A stretch of DNA of 49,197 bases from Acidimicrobiia bacterium (lineage in GTDB: Bacteria > Actinomycetota > Acidimicrobiia > Spongiisociales > JAOTWH01): contig JAZFSG010000095.1 of assembly GCA_036446035.1 (NCBI GenBank), positions 1-49,197 on the forward strand, given 5' to 3'. Under the pieces are notes generated by a model. That model made no database searches. It was not told the DNA's origin and was given only the letters and a program-made list of their open reading frames with translations. Shown here in pieces: positions 24,125 to 34,096 of this stretch. Positions within the stretch are counted from its first letter, which is position 1; every line of letters begins with the position of its first letter. Position numbers and translations under genes: made by a program.

Positions 24125-25590
24125 CGCGGTGACGGCACCAGCAAGACAGACGCCGAGAGCCTTCGTATGAGATGCCCTGTGATGCCGGGCGTGCGCAACG
24201 AAACGACTGTCTGCGGCATGCCGAGGACGACGAGGCCCGCACCATCGGCCAGCTCGTCGATGACGCGCACCGGATTGCCCTGGCGGATGCGCCGACGCAC
24301 CCGTACCCCCAGTACTGCGGCCTCCTCCCGCATGCGCAGCATCGCCCGCTGCGCCGACTCCCTGGAGTCACCGCCCGCGAGGAACGCTGGCGCCACCACC
24401 GCGACGCCGGTCAACGACTGGTGCGTGTAGGCCGCGAGATCGATGGCGGCGCGGGCGGCGGCCCTGCCCGCCGGAGTGTCTCGAGCTGGGGCGACGATCC
24501 CTCCGTTACCGAATGACCCTCGAGAGAGGAAGACCGGCAAGCCGAATTGGCGAACTCTTTCGATGTGTTGCGCGGCCTGGAGGCGTCCCAGCCAGCCGCC
24601 GAAGCTCTCGGTTTCCATCACGACAACACCGACGCTCTCCGTCTCGACCGCGTGAGCCAACGCCCTTGAGGGAGTGCCCTCCACCAGCCGCTCGACAACC
24701 TGGACCCCTTCTGCGGCCGCAAGAACGTCGTTGCGAATCGACTCAGCGGCAGCCGCCTGCGACTCGTCCCTGGACGATGCCGGATCTCGCATCGCCACCA
24801 TCAGTCCGCTCGCATTGCTGTTGCGGGAAAGAGCCAAGGCTTCCTGGAGCACTCCGGTGACGTCGCGCTTGGCGTCGATGGCCACCAGAACATATTTGCC
24901 GAAATCGACGGGGAACCGTGCCTCGCCCGATGTGAACGTCCGCACTATCAGCGAGAAGTCGGAGGCGCCTCCTACGACCGTGACCAGGTCGCCCTCCGAT
25001 ATGACAGTATTTCCGTGCGGGACGATGAGCCGACCATCTCGAAGTATGGCCGCAACGAGATAGCGGGTTGCGTCGAGGTCGCGCAGAGCCTTACCGCGCA
25101 CGGGCGAATCATCACCGATCTGGAACTCGATCGCCTCGGCTCGACCGTGGGCGAACGAACTCGAAGATATCCGTCGTGGTTCCAGCTCCCCCTCGATGAG
25201 CCTTGCGGCCAGATCGGAAGGAGAGAAGGCGGGCACCCCAATATCTCGATAGCGATCCGTCTTCTCGGGATCCGCGGCGACCGCGGCGACCCGCAGTAGC
25301 CCAGACTCGAGGGCGATACGACAGGCCTCGAGGTTGCGCTCGTCGTCGGCTGTGGCTGCAACCAGGGCGTCGGACGCCTCGAGGCCAGCGCGCTCCAGGA
25401 CGACGCGGCTCGAACCGTCTCCCTCGATGCCTTCGATGTCGCGGATCTTGCCCGCAAGGGCGAGCAGCTCAACATCGGTGTCGACCACGGCGGCCTCCCA
25501 CACCTCACCGAGCCGCCTGAGCAGCTGACGGGTGGTTCCACCTGCACCAACGAAGATGACTTTCAATGGATACTCCGCTCCGAGGGTCAC
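24121..25590 (-). CDS. TrkA-family RCK-N/RCK-C regulator fused to two universal-stress-protein-like domains
   Basis: VIFVGAG, EGDGSS..VL.RAG, ATADDERNL, RCK-C SPVRGK.LRDL...IVPHGNTVI.EGD.V; C-terminal R.GNP..VI...LVVLG...VLLVP. Confidence 0.78.
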   Translation of the reverse strand: MTLGAEYPLKVIFVGAGGTTRQLLRRLGEVWEAAVVDTDVELLALAGKIRDIEGIEGDGSSRVVLERAGLEASDALVAATADDERNLEACRIALESGLLRVAAVAADPEKTDRYRDIGVPAFSPSDLAARLIEGELEPRRISSSSFAHGRAEAIEFQIGDDSPVRGKALRDLDATRYLVAAILRDGRLIVPHGNTVISEGDLVTVVGGASDFSLIVRTFTSGEARFPVDFGKYVLVAIDAKRDVTGVLQEALALSRNSNASGLMVAMRDPASSRDESQAAAAESIRNDVLAAAEGVQVVERLVEGTPSRALAHAVETESVGVVVMETESFGGWLGRLQAAQHIERVRQFGLPVFLSRGSFGNGGIVAPARDTPAGRAAARAAIDLAAYTHQSLTGVAVVAPAFLAGGDSRESAQRAMLRMREEAAVLGVRVRRRIRQGNPVRVIDELADGAGLVVLGMPQTVVSLRTPGITGHLIRRLSASVLLVPSPR

Positions 25591-25617
25591 ATTATGGCCG
25601 GAGGGCCCTAGCCGCAG

Positions 25618-26688
25618 CTACACCGAGAAACGGACCTCGATGACGTCTCCCTCGGCGCTTGGGTATTCCTTGCCTTCCAGGCGCACGATCCCCGCCTTCT
25701 TGGCGGCATCCCACCCACCGGCTTCGATCACATCGTCTATGGCGGCCACGTCCGCTCGAATGAAGCCCCTCTCCAGATCGGAGTGGATCTTCCCTGCGGC
25801 CTGACGCACCGTCGAGCCACTCCGCACCGACCACGCCCGAGTCTCCTTGGGCCCCATCGTGAAGAAGGTCAACACGCCCATGGCCTCATTGGCGGCGGCG
25901 ACGACCTTGGCCAACGCCCCTTTGCCAAGGCCAAGCCCCTCGAATAGCTCGGCCCGGTCCGCCGGGTCAAGATGGGCCGCTTCCTCCTCCAGCCTGGCAG
26001 ATAGAACGGCCACGGTGTCTCCGCGAGGAACGACCGCGGTGACCGCGGCTGCAACGTCTGCTGGCGGTGAATCTTCGGAGACATTGACAACCCACACGGC
26101 TGGCTTGAGGGACAGCGGAGCCATGTCGCGAAAGGCGTCTAGCTCGGCCTCCGTCCACTCCACTCCCCGCAGCGGCGTCCCCTCAGTCAGCATGGCGGCA
26201 GCCTTTGCCACCGCCCCGGCAGCGGCCTTGCGTCCGCTATCTGCCGTCGCCTCTTTGGCGGCTCGCTCGGCCCGACGCTCGAATACCTCGGCGTCCGCCA
26301 GCGCCATCTCGAGCACGAGCTCCTCGGCCTGGGCCACCGGATCGAGACCGGACTCATCTGAAGGCACAGCCGGATCGTCGAAGGACCTCAGCACGACCAG
26401 CAAGGCCTCCATCTCGCGCAACCGACCCAACGCCTCCCCCTGCAGCCCACCGGGGCCACCAGGTGTCAACGGCACGTCGACTAGCTCCAGCGTCGCCGGC
26501 ACCACTTTCTCCGACTTCTCCAGTCGTGCCGCAGCCTCGAGGCGTTCGTCCGGGATCTTGGCCACCCCGACGTTCAGCTCCATCGTCGAGAAGGGGTGGG
26601 GCGCAGTTGGAGCCTCGAGCCCGCAGAGCGCGTTGAAGAGGGTCGTCTTGCCCGTGTTGGCCTTGCCGACGATGCCGAGACGCGCCAT
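25618..26688 (-). CDS. YchF/Obg-like P-loop NTPase with DUF933 (TGS) C-terminus, divergent
   Basis: GIVGKANTGKTTLFNAL, PFST.E.NVG, KP...VVNVSE, TFFT.GPKETRAW, AAGKIHSDLERGFIRA, EGKEY....GDVI. ATG 26688 overlaps the upstream stop. Confidence 0.85.
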   Translation of the reverse strand: MARLGIVGKANTGKTTLFNALCGLEAPTAPHPFSTMELNVGVAKIPDERLEAAARLEKSEKVVPATLELVDVPLTPGGPGGLQGEALGRLREMEALLVVLRSFDDPAVPSDESGLDPVAQAEELVLEMALADAEVFERRAERAAKEATADSGRKAAAGAVAKAAAMLTEGTPLRGVEWTEAELDAFRDMAPLSLKPAVWVVNVSEDSPPADVAAAVTAVVPRGDTVAVLSARLEEEAAHLDPADRAELFEGLGLGKGALAKVVAAANEAMGVLTFFTMGPKETRAWSVRSGSTVRQAAGKIHSDLERGFIRADVAAIDDVIEAGGWDAAKKAGIVRLEGKEYPSAEGDVIEVRFSV

Positions 26689-27776
26689 TAGCCAATTCCC
26701 GCATCCGCCAACTTGTCGATCTCCGTGCGTAAGAAGCCCCAAGCTCGGAGGTCGGGATGGCCGCCGCCGCCGTCGGGCGCCGGTGCCGGCGTCCGCGAGA
26801 ACCGGGGTGCCGGCGCCGGCGTGAGCACACCGTCCACCTCGACGAAGACACCTCTGTCCTGATTGGCAGCGTGAGTCGCGGCCTCGGCGATCTCGAGAAC
26901 GGGAGAGACGCAGGCATCGGTCCCGGCGAATGTCTCCTCCCACTCCGCCCGCGACTTGGACGCGAACGCCGCGGTGAGCGCCGCCCGCAAGGCAGGCCAT
27001 GCCTCCCTGTCGTACTGGCGGTCGAGATCGAACTCGATTCCTGTCAGGGAGACGAGTTCGGCGAAGAACTGCGGCTCGATAGCGCCGACGGTCATCCAGC
27101 CACCGTCTGCCGTGGCGTAGACGTCGTAGAAGGGCGCACCGCCATCGAGGAGGTTGGTGCCCCGAGGCGTGAGCCAGGTGCCTGCTGCTGACATCTCGTG
27201 AACCATCGTCGCCAGGATGGCAGCGCCGTCGACCATTGCCGCATCGACTACTTGCCCTTCATCCGACGATTGCCGCTCGAACAACGCGGCCATGACGCCG
27301 TATGCCAGCAACAGGCCACCTCCAGCGAAGTCGCCGAGCAGGTTGAGCGGTGGCGTCGGCGGTTCTCCCTCGCGGCCAATGGCACCGAGCGTTCCCGACA
27401 TCGCGATGTAGTTGATGTCGTGGCCGGCCATGGTCGAGCCATCCTGCCCCCATCCCGTCATGCGACCGTACACCAGAGCCGGGTTGATGGTTCGACAGGC
27501 GTCGGGACCGATGCCAAGCCGCTCGGCGACGCCGGGCCGGAATCCTTCGATGAGCACATCGGCCCGCTCGGCGAGCCGCAACACGAACTGAACGCCCGCC
27601 GGGTCCTTCATGTCCACAGTGACAACAGGGCGTCCCCTGGTCAGGCTGCGGTCGCTGCCACCCGGCCGCTCCACTCGGAGTACTTCGGCGCCAAGGTCGG
27701 CGAGCATCATGGCGCAGAAGGGTCCCGGGCCAAGTGAAGCTACCTCCACAACGCGCAGCCCCGTCAACGGGCCCAC
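26688..27776 (-). CDS. CaiB/BaiF CoA-transferase family protein (alpha-methylacyl-CoA racemase-like)
   Basis: GPGPFCAMMLADLGA, EGFRPGVAERLGIGP, GRMTGWGQ, GHDINY, NLLGDFAGG, NLLDGGAPFY. Confidence 0.9.
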   Translation of the reverse strand: MGPLTGLRVVEVASLGPGPFCAMMLADLGAEVLRVERPGGSDRSLTRGRPVVTVDMKDPAGVQFVLRLAERADVLIEGFRPGVAERLGIGPDACRTINPALVYGRMTGWGQDGSTMAGHDINYIAMSGTLGAIGREGEPPTPPLNLLGDFAGGGLLLAYGVMAALFERQSSDEGQVVDAAMVDGAAILATMVHEMSAAGTWLTPRGTNLLDGGAPFYDVYATADGGWMTVGAIEPQFFAELVSLTGIEFDLDRQYDREAWPALRAALTAAFASKSRAEWEETFAGTDACVSPVLEIAEAATHAANQDRGVFVEVDGVLTPAPAPRFSRTPAPAPDGGGGHPDLRAWGFLRTEIDKLADAGIG

Positions 27777-30289
27777 TAGTTGCGGATCACAACTGTGTCG
27801 CCCGTCACCGCATGCTTGTCGAGCTCGATGACGTCTTCCACTCGTTGCTTCAGCTCTGGAACGTGGGACACGATGACGACGAGGCGGTCGCCATCGTCGG
27901 CGACGATGCGTTCAACGCCCTCCATGGCGAGGTCGAGATGCTCGGCGTCGAGGCTGCCAAAGCCCTCGTCGAGGAAGAACGCCCCAAGGCGACCGCCCGT
28001 CCGTGACACCATCTCCGCCAGCGCCAGGGCCAGTGCCAACGACGCCAGGAAGGTCTCGCCTCCAGACAACGATCGAGGTTTGCGAATGGCGTCGGCGGCG
28101 GTGAGATCCACGACATCGAACGAGCCGTCCTCGGAGAACCGGTAGCGGCCTCCGGAAAGCATCTCGAACCGCTCGGCAGCCAACTCGGCCAGAGCCACCC
28201 GCTCCTCATCGAGAAGGAAGGCAACGAACTTCGACGGGGCCAGGTCGTCACTCAGTCGGTTGAAGACTGCCAGCCGACTAACGGTCGCTGCATTCTCCTT
28301 CTCCAAAGTGACAACACGAGCCACCCGCTCCTCCAGCATGGCGAGCTTCTCCTTGGCGGCAGCCCAAGCCGCCTGGGCAGCGATGCGCGCCTCGGAGAAG
28401 TCGGCTTCGACGGCGATCGCCAGGTCTTGATGTAGCTGGGCCTTGTCGCGTTGTGTCGCCTCGAGCCTCGTTGCCGCCTCCTTGACCGCATCCTCGGCGG
28501 CGGCGGCCCTCGTCTCCCACAGCTCTCGAAGCGTGTCCAGCGCCTCGCCAAGCGTTTGGCGATCCGCCGCCGACGGGATGGAAGCGCCAAGGGTGCCGCC
28601 AAGAGCAGCCACTTCGGTCGCCAGCTTCTGCATCGCGGTGCGTCGCTCGTCAAAGGCTGCTTTGGCTCCGGCAACCGACTCTTGCGCAACGCTCATCAGC
28701 GGAGCCGTGTCGGCGAGCACCGTCTCGGCATCGGACAGACCCTGTCGCCGCGCCGCCAGTGCCTCCTCCGGCTTGGTCGCTCCGAGAGCTGCGGTGACCG
28801 TCGCCAGGGCCTTGGCATGCTCCTTCTCGAGCTTGGCCATCTCGGCTTTGCGCAATCCGAGGGCGGCGGTGGCCTCTTCGACTCGCACCCCGGTGCCGGC
28901 GGCGGCGGCCGTTGCCTTGGTCAAAGCTTTCTGAGCAGCGGTCCTGGCGGCATCGGCCTCGGTTGCCAATCGTGTCGCCTTCTCGACGGCCTTCTCTGCC
29001 GACCGCAGGGAGGCGGGGCGTTTCGCCGCCGCCAGCGAGGCGACCTCCTGGCCACATACCGGACAAGCGTCTCCCGGACCTATTCCGGAGCGAAGGGCCG
29101 CAGCCATCTCGTCGTGTCGGGCCTCATGCAGCAACGCCTCGGCCGTCTTCAGGTCGACGACCGCTTGCTCGGCGTCTGTCTTCGCAGTCGTCGCGGTCGT
29201 CGTCGCCTTGGCCAGCAGCTTGTCTGCAGTCTCGATCTCGGCCGCAGCTGCATCGACGGCCTTCGAGGCTGTCTCGAAAGTCCGCTTGGCCTCCGCCACG
29301 GCCGTGGCGAGCTGGCGCAGCTTGGCGACATCTGCCTCGATCCGCGCCAGCGTCTCCCGATCGCCCCCCTTCTCAACGGCCTTGGCGAGAATCTTGACAG
29401 CGGCCGCGTTGTCGCGAGTGGCCTTCGCCAACTCCTTCTCGGCGGTGGTTACAGCGTCGGAGTCGGCGAGAGAAGCTGCAAGGAGAGCGGCGGTCTCCGT
29501 CCTCGATGGCAGGCGCGATGCCAGGGCCGCCAGTTCGGCGACCGCGGCCTCCGCGTCGACCTTGGCGTCGGCGTTGGTCTTGGCGTTGAGCGTGATCCTG
29601 GCTTCGATCTGGGCAGCCTTCTCGAACGCCTCGGCCACCTCGGCTCTCGGGCCGAGCTCCTCTTTGGCAACGACCAGCGCCGCCCGGTCGGCTTCTACCT
29701 CGGCGCGGCGGCGGTCGAGCTCTTCGAGGTCACGACTGGCCGCGTCGCGTCTTGCCTTAGCCAGATCCCTTACGGCCTCGACGCGGTCGAGTCCGAACAC
29801 GCCCTTGAGCACCGCGTCGCGCTCGCCGCCGGTGGCATCGAGGAACCTGGCGAACTGGTTCTGCGCCAGCAGTGCGGATCGGCCGAAGGCGTGAAAGTCG
29901 AGGCCGAGAAGCTCTGTGACCCTGGCGTTGACGGCCTTCTCGCCTTCGATCAGCTCGAGCCGATCGCCATCGACGGACGAGTACTTCTCGAGCGAGTGGG
30001 CACTCTGGCCTTTACGGCGCAGCGCCCGCACGGCGCGCCAGGTCTCGTCGGCAACGCCGAACCACATCTCGACATGGGCCGAGTCCTGACGCTGGTTGAT
30101 GAGGCTCTTGGTCTGCTTGCCGACCGTTGGCGTCTGCCCATATAGAGAGAACGCCACAGCGTCGAGAAGGGTCGACTTGCCGCTGCCGATGGGACCGGCA
30201 ACACCGACCAGCGAACGATCGCTGAAGTCGAACGTCGCCTCGTCGGCGAATGAGCGAAAGCCTCGAACAACGAGCCTACGAGGACGCAA
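27776..30289 (-). CDS. sbcC: SbcC/Rad50 SMC-family ATPase
   Basis: Walker A GPIGSGKST, Q-loop LAQNQFA.FL, coiled coil with CPVCG zinc hook, LSGGE signature, FFLDEGFGSLD, VSH. Confidence 0.92.
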   Translation of the reverse strand: MRPRRLVVRGFRSFADEATFDFSDRSLVGVAGPIGSGKSTLLDAVAFSLYGQTPTVGKQTKSLINQRQDSAHVEMWFGVADETWRAVRALRRKGQSAHSLEKYSSVDGDRLELIEGEKAVNARVTELLGLDFHAFGRSALLAQNQFARFLDATGGERDAVLKGVFGLDRVEAVRDLAKARRDAASRDLEELDRRRAEVEADRAALVVAKEELGPRAEVAEAFEKAAQIEARITLNAKTNADAKVDAEAAVAELAALASRLPSRTETAALLAASLADSDAVTTAEKELAKATRDNAAAVKILAKAVEKGGDRETLARIEADVAKLRQLATAVAEAKRTFETASKAVDAAAAEIETADKLLAKATTTATTAKTDAEQAVVDLKTAEALLHEARHDEMAAALRSGIGPGDACPVCGQEVASLAAAKRPASLRSAEKAVEKATRLATEADAARTAAQKALTKATAAAAGTGVRVEEATAALGLRKAEMAKLEKEHAKALATVTAALGATKPEEALAARRQGLSDAETVLADTAPLMSVAQESVAGAKAAFDERRTAMQKLATEVAALGGTLGASIPSAADRQTLGEALDTLRELWETRAAAAEDAVKEAATRLEATQRDKAQLHQDLAIAVEADFSEARIAAQAAWAAAKEKLAMLEERVARVVTLEKENAATVSRLAVFNRLSDDLAPSKFVAFLLDEERVALAELAAERFEMLSGGRYRFSEDGSFDVVDLTAADAIRKPRSLSGGETFLASLALALALAEMVSRTGGRLGAFFLDEGFGSLDAEHLDLAMEGVERIVADDGDRLVVIVSHVPELKQRVEDVIELDKHAVTGDTVVIRN

Positions 30290-31445
30290 CGCCGACCTCC
30301 TCGAGCAGTTCGTTCAGCGCAGCGGCGATCTCAGCGCTCGGTTCCGAACCGTGGTGCTCGACACAGAACTCCCCGTAGAGCTCGGCCAGCGGGCGCCCGT
30401 GGCGGGACCGCCGCTCGACCTCCGGTCGTTCGAAGTCCGCTCGCACCTTGACGAGATAGGGAAAGGCGAGCCGCGCCCGGTCGGCAAGGCCGGGATCTGG
30501 ACCGTCGGTGGTGACGACGAGATCGACGTAGCAGTTGGCCAGATCGGTCCTGGCCGCCAGCTCATCCCAGTCACCAGTCGCTCGGACCAGCGGACGCCCC
30601 GACGCCAGCGGCACGCTGGTGACCGAGGCGGGAAGGCCCGGTTCAACGTCAACGACAACCACTCGCTTGGCCTCGCCGGCTTCGCCGAAGTCGAGAGCCA
30701 GCAGCGAGCCGGCGTACTCGGCGGGGACATTGGCGCCGGGAACGGGCTGTGGCGCATGAATGTGGCCCATCGCCACGTATCCGAGCGATGGCGGGATGGA
30801 GGCCGCGGTTGCGGCGTAGGCCTCGCCCATGTGCAGCTCGCGCTCGCCGCGCGGCACGCCGTGACCGCCGACCCGGGCACCGGTGACCATGAAGTGCGCC
30901 GCCAGGATGGCGATGCCGTCGCCGCCCGCTCTCTCCAGCGCCGCCTCCGAGTAGGCCTCGGTGATCGAGCGCACCCGATCGGCGTACGCGCCGTACCAAC
31001 GACCTGTCTCGGCCATGAAGTCGACTGCCCTTCCCTGGCGCAGAAACGGGAAACACGCGACGACCGCCCTGCCGCTGGCGGTGTCGACCTCGACCAGGCC
31101 GCCGTCTTGGGGAGGCTTTATGTCGCCAACGAGGTGAATGCCGGCTGGGGCCATGTACGGCGCCAGCGTCTCGAACAGGTCGGGTGAGTCGTGGTTCCCG
31201 GCGACGACGACGACGGGGCGGGTGCCCCCTGCGGTGAGTCTGCTGAGACCGTCGAACGCCAGTCGCAGGGCGTCGATCGGAGGCTGCGGGCGGTCGAAGA
31301 GGTCCCCCGAGTGCACCACCAGGTCGACGCCGCCTTCGTCGGCAACACCAACCACCTCGTTGATGGCGGCGGCGTACTCGTCGCTCCGGTCATAGCGACC
31401 GAGGCGCTTGCCGACGTGCCAGTCCGAGGTGTGGAGGATCCTCAC
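30276..31445 (-). CDS. sbcD: SbcD/Mre11 nuclease
   Basis: ILHTSDWHVG, GDLFD, AGNHD, AH, YVAMGHIH.PQ, YAGS...LDFGE. GTG 31445 overlaps the herA stop. Confidence 0.92.
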   Translation of the reverse strand: MRILHTSDWHVGKRLGRYDRSDEYAAAINEVVGVADEGGVDLVVHSGDLFDRPQPPIDALRLAFDGLSRLTAGGTRPVVVVAGNHDSPDLFETLAPYMAPAGIHLVGDIKPPQDGGLVEVDTASGRAVVACFPFLRQGRAVDFMAETGRWYGAYADRVRSITEAYSEAALERAGGDGIAILAAHFMVTGARVGGHGVPRGERELHMGEAYAATAASIPPSLGYVAMGHIHAPQPVPGANVPAEYAGSLLALDFGEAGEAKRVVVVDVEPGLPASVTSVPLASGRPLVRATGDWDELAARTDLANCYVDLVVTTDGPDPGLADRARLAFPYLVKVRADFERPEVERRSRHGRPLAELYGEFCVEHHGSEPSAEIAAALNELLEEVGVASS

Positions 31446-33157
31446 AGCCCCTCGAACGGATCGCCCTCGGCGGCGACCTCCTCCTTGCGGGTAGCCCACG
31501 GCGGGAAGGGGAATTCGAGAACGAGCGGAACCGGGATCGACGGCTGGCTCAGGACCATGGTCCCCGGTTTCAAGAGGCGCGCCCGCGCCCGCGTCGATGG
31601 CAGCATCCACCCGTATTCGGCTCGCTCGGCCTCGGCCGCGTCGAGACGGCCCGACACCCGCAACGCCGCGTTCTCCAAGACCTCCTGGGCGACACGTGAC
31701 GCGGTCTGCTGGGCGCCGACGAGGAGGACTCCAAGCGACCTGCCCCGCTGGGCGATGTCGATGAGCATGTCCTTGATGGGGCTCTGGCCCTCTCGGGGGG
31801 CGTACTTGTTGAGCTCATCGAGCACGATGACCGACAGCGGCAGCCGCTGCCCGGACCGTTCCTTCTCGCCGAAGGTCTCGGCAAGGAGTGCCCCAACGAC
31901 GAAGCGCTGACCGAGGTCGTGCAGCGACTGGATGGCGACGACCGTGACCTGGGAGGCTGAACGATCGATGCGCCTGCTCTCCCCCGCCGCTACCAGACGG
32001 CCCAACCTGCTCTCGGCGGCGTAGAGACGGCGCATGAAGGCCGACACGGTTCCCGGCTGCACCCGGCCCGACCACTTCTGATCTGGCTCACCCTCGTCGG
32101 GGTCGATGAACTCGGCAACGGCCTCGGCGAGCGAGCCAAGGTCGCGAATGACGCGCTCTCCCTTGCCCGGGGTCACCGAGTCGCCCCTGCGGTGTCCTTC
32201 TGCGGGGTCGCGCAACACGACCGCTCCCGGTTCGCCCGCGACGTCTACGGCGAAGCGCTGCAGCTGAGACCGCACTCTCTCTTCGACGAACGGGATTTGA
32301 TTCCGATTGTCGGTGGCATCGGTGAAGAGGAACTGCAGCAAACCCTCATCGATGAACTCGCGCGGGGTCCACCGAAAGGCGTCAACGCCCTCGGTGCGCC
32401 CGCCGGTGTCGGGAACGACGGCGTCTCCCGAGTTGGCCCGAGGCGGCGCCCACAACGACACCGACGGGAACGGTCCCGGCGTAACGCCGAGCGAGAGCCA
32501 GGCTTGCTCTGCTTCGGGCGTGAAGAACTTGTTGGGCTGATCGAGGTAGAGGAGATCTTCTCCCTTGACGTTGAAGACCAACACTCGAAGGTTGTTGGCG
32601 GCTTCCTGAACGATGTCGGGCCTTCCGGTCAGCATCCTCAGAAAGAAGAGGGCGAACGAGGTCTTGGTGGCAACGCCGCTGATGCCCGAGATGGACATGT
32701 GACCGCCGGTGCGCCCATCGAAGAAGTCGAGATCGACGTAAACCGGCTCACCGTCCCTGGCGATGCCGACGGGAAGGGCGCGGCCCATGGTGTCGGCGTA
32801 TAGGGCGCGCAATCGTTCCGTCCCTGTCGCTCGTTCCACGACGCCACCAGGGTCGGGGGCCACCCACAGCTCGGGGTCGACCCGGGTTACGGCCACTTCA
32901 GCCGAACGCACCTTGGCGGCAGGGAGGATGCCCTTCTCGGCGATCAGCCGCGTGTCGCTCTCGAATGTCGCCCCCTCGTAGGTCGCCTCGACCTCGGTCA
33001 CGATCCCGTATGTCTGCACCTCGCCGGCCTTGGGAACAAGGGTGCGCACTACGACGAGGTCGTCGAGCTGGAGGTACTGGTCGTCGTCGATGACCACCCG
33101 ATACTCCTGCGTCGTCGAGTGACGATGGGCTACTACACGGCCCACGGCGTCGCTCAT
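31442..33157 (-). CDS. herA: HerA-family DNA translocase (HAS barrel plus FtsK/HerA ATPase)
   Basis: HAS-barrel-like N-terminus, H.SISGISGVATKTS variant Walker A, FNVKGEDL, LDELNKYAP, RGRSLGV.L.GAQQ. Lies between nurA and sbcD. Confidence 0.87.
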   Translation of the reverse strand: MSDAVGRVVAHRHSTTQEYRVVIDDDQYLQLDDLVVVRTLVPKAGEVQTYGIVTEVEATYEGATFESDTRLIAEKGILPAAKVRSAEVAVTRVDPELWVAPDPGGVVERATGTERLRALYADTMGRALPVGIARDGEPVYVDLDFFDGRTGGHMSISGISGVATKTSFALFFLRMLTGRPDIVQEAANNLRVLVFNVKGEDLLYLDQPNKFFTPEAEQAWLSLGVTPGPFPSVSLWAPPRANSGDAVVPDTGGRTEGVDAFRWTPREFIDEGLLQFLFTDATDNRNQIPFVEERVRSQLQRFAVDVAGEPGAVVLRDPAEGHRRGDSVTPGKGERVIRDLGSLAEAVAEFIDPDEGEPDQKWSGRVQPGTVSAFMRRLYAAESRLGRLVAAGESRRIDRSASQVTVVAIQSLHDLGQRFVVGALLAETFGEKERSGQRLPLSVIVLDELNKYAPREGQSPIKDMLIDIAQRGRSLGVLLVGAQQTASRVAQEVLENAALRVSGRLDAAEAERAEYGWMLPSTRARARLLKPGTMVLSQPSIPVPLVLEFPFPPWATRKEEVAAEGDPFEGL

Positions 33158-34089
33158 ACCGCCACCTGCTGCACGGCCTCGGTCACGAAGCGATGGATCA
33201 AAGGTGCGGCTCCGAGCCGGCGCCGCAATTCTCTCTCGAGGCCGGCGATCGGAACCAGGTTCTGAGGAGCGCGCGGGTCGCGGAAGGCCTCCGACGCCAA
33301 CATAGGAAGCACCGTCGTCGATATGTTGGCGAGCTCGACGGTCATCTCGTCGCCGACGGCGTGCGCCACCTCACACCGCACCACCCCCGACCACGAGTGC
33401 CCGTCGGGGAAGTCACGGAGCCGTAGATACCACGAGTTGCGCTTGTAGTCGGGGATGCGGAAGAAGGGCGTTCGCTGCCCGCCGTCGAGCTCGGTGATGA
33501 TCCCGATGAGTTCGGGAGGGAGATACGAGACCCGGTGGGTCTTGATGTATCCAACCTTGCGCAGCGCCGACAGCGTGTTGATGGGCCCGTCGGCGAAGAC
33601 CAGGTATCCGGCCCGGGCCAAGTCCTCCGCCAGATCGTCCTCAGCGACGCGCATGGCGCCGTGAAAAGTCTGCACCAGCGATTGCACGCTGCGCTCCGGT
33701 GACGACATCGACGTGTACAACAAGCCCGGCCCAACCGGCGGCAGCTCAACGCTCGCTCCCTCGCCGCAAACGGCGACGCGCTCGATGCGGATCTCGTCGA
33801 ACTCTGATCGACGCTCCTCGGGATACCAGCGGACGGCGCCGACGGCGTAGGAGCCGGCGACGCCGGGGATCGGGAGTGCGGAACCTCCCTCGTCGACGGC
33901 AAGACGAGCGTCTGGTCGCCTCACACCGTCTACGAACGCGACAACGGACGGGAGGCTGGCCGGCACGGCCATCGGCTCCCACTGGCCTTCGCTCCCTGGA
34001 ACGACAGCTGGAGCTTCATCTGGATCGGTTTCGAAGTCGAGCGGACCGCCGTATTCCGCAGACCAGGGCTCGACCACAAGGCGTGGCAT
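33154..34089 (-). CDS. nurA: NurA-family nuclease
   Basis: AFVDGVRR, ADGP, VGYIKTH, G.RTP.F, SWYLRL, DPRAPQNL.PI..LE..LRR; ATGA-coupled to herA. Confidence 0.8.
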   Translation of the reverse strand: MPRLVVEPWSAEYGGPLDFETDPDEAPAVVPGSEGQWEPMAVPASLPSVVAFVDGVRRPDARLAVDEGGSALPIPGVAGSYAVGAVRWYPEERRSEFDEIRIERVAVCGEGASVELPPVGPGLLYTSMSSPERSVQSLVQTFHGAMRVAEDDLAEDLARAGYLVFADGPINTLSALRKVGYIKTHRVSYLPPELIGIITELDGGQRTPFFRIPDYKRNSWYLRLRDFPDGHSWSGVVRCEVAHAVGDEMTVELANISTTVLPMLASEAFRDPRAPQNLVPIAGLERELRRRLGAAPLIHRFVTEAVQQVAV

Positions 34090-34096
34090 GCGGACG

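Noticed and set aside
28451-30145. 564-aa plus-strand ORF
   Set aside because: Antisense shadow of sbcC, typical of high-GC codon bias.
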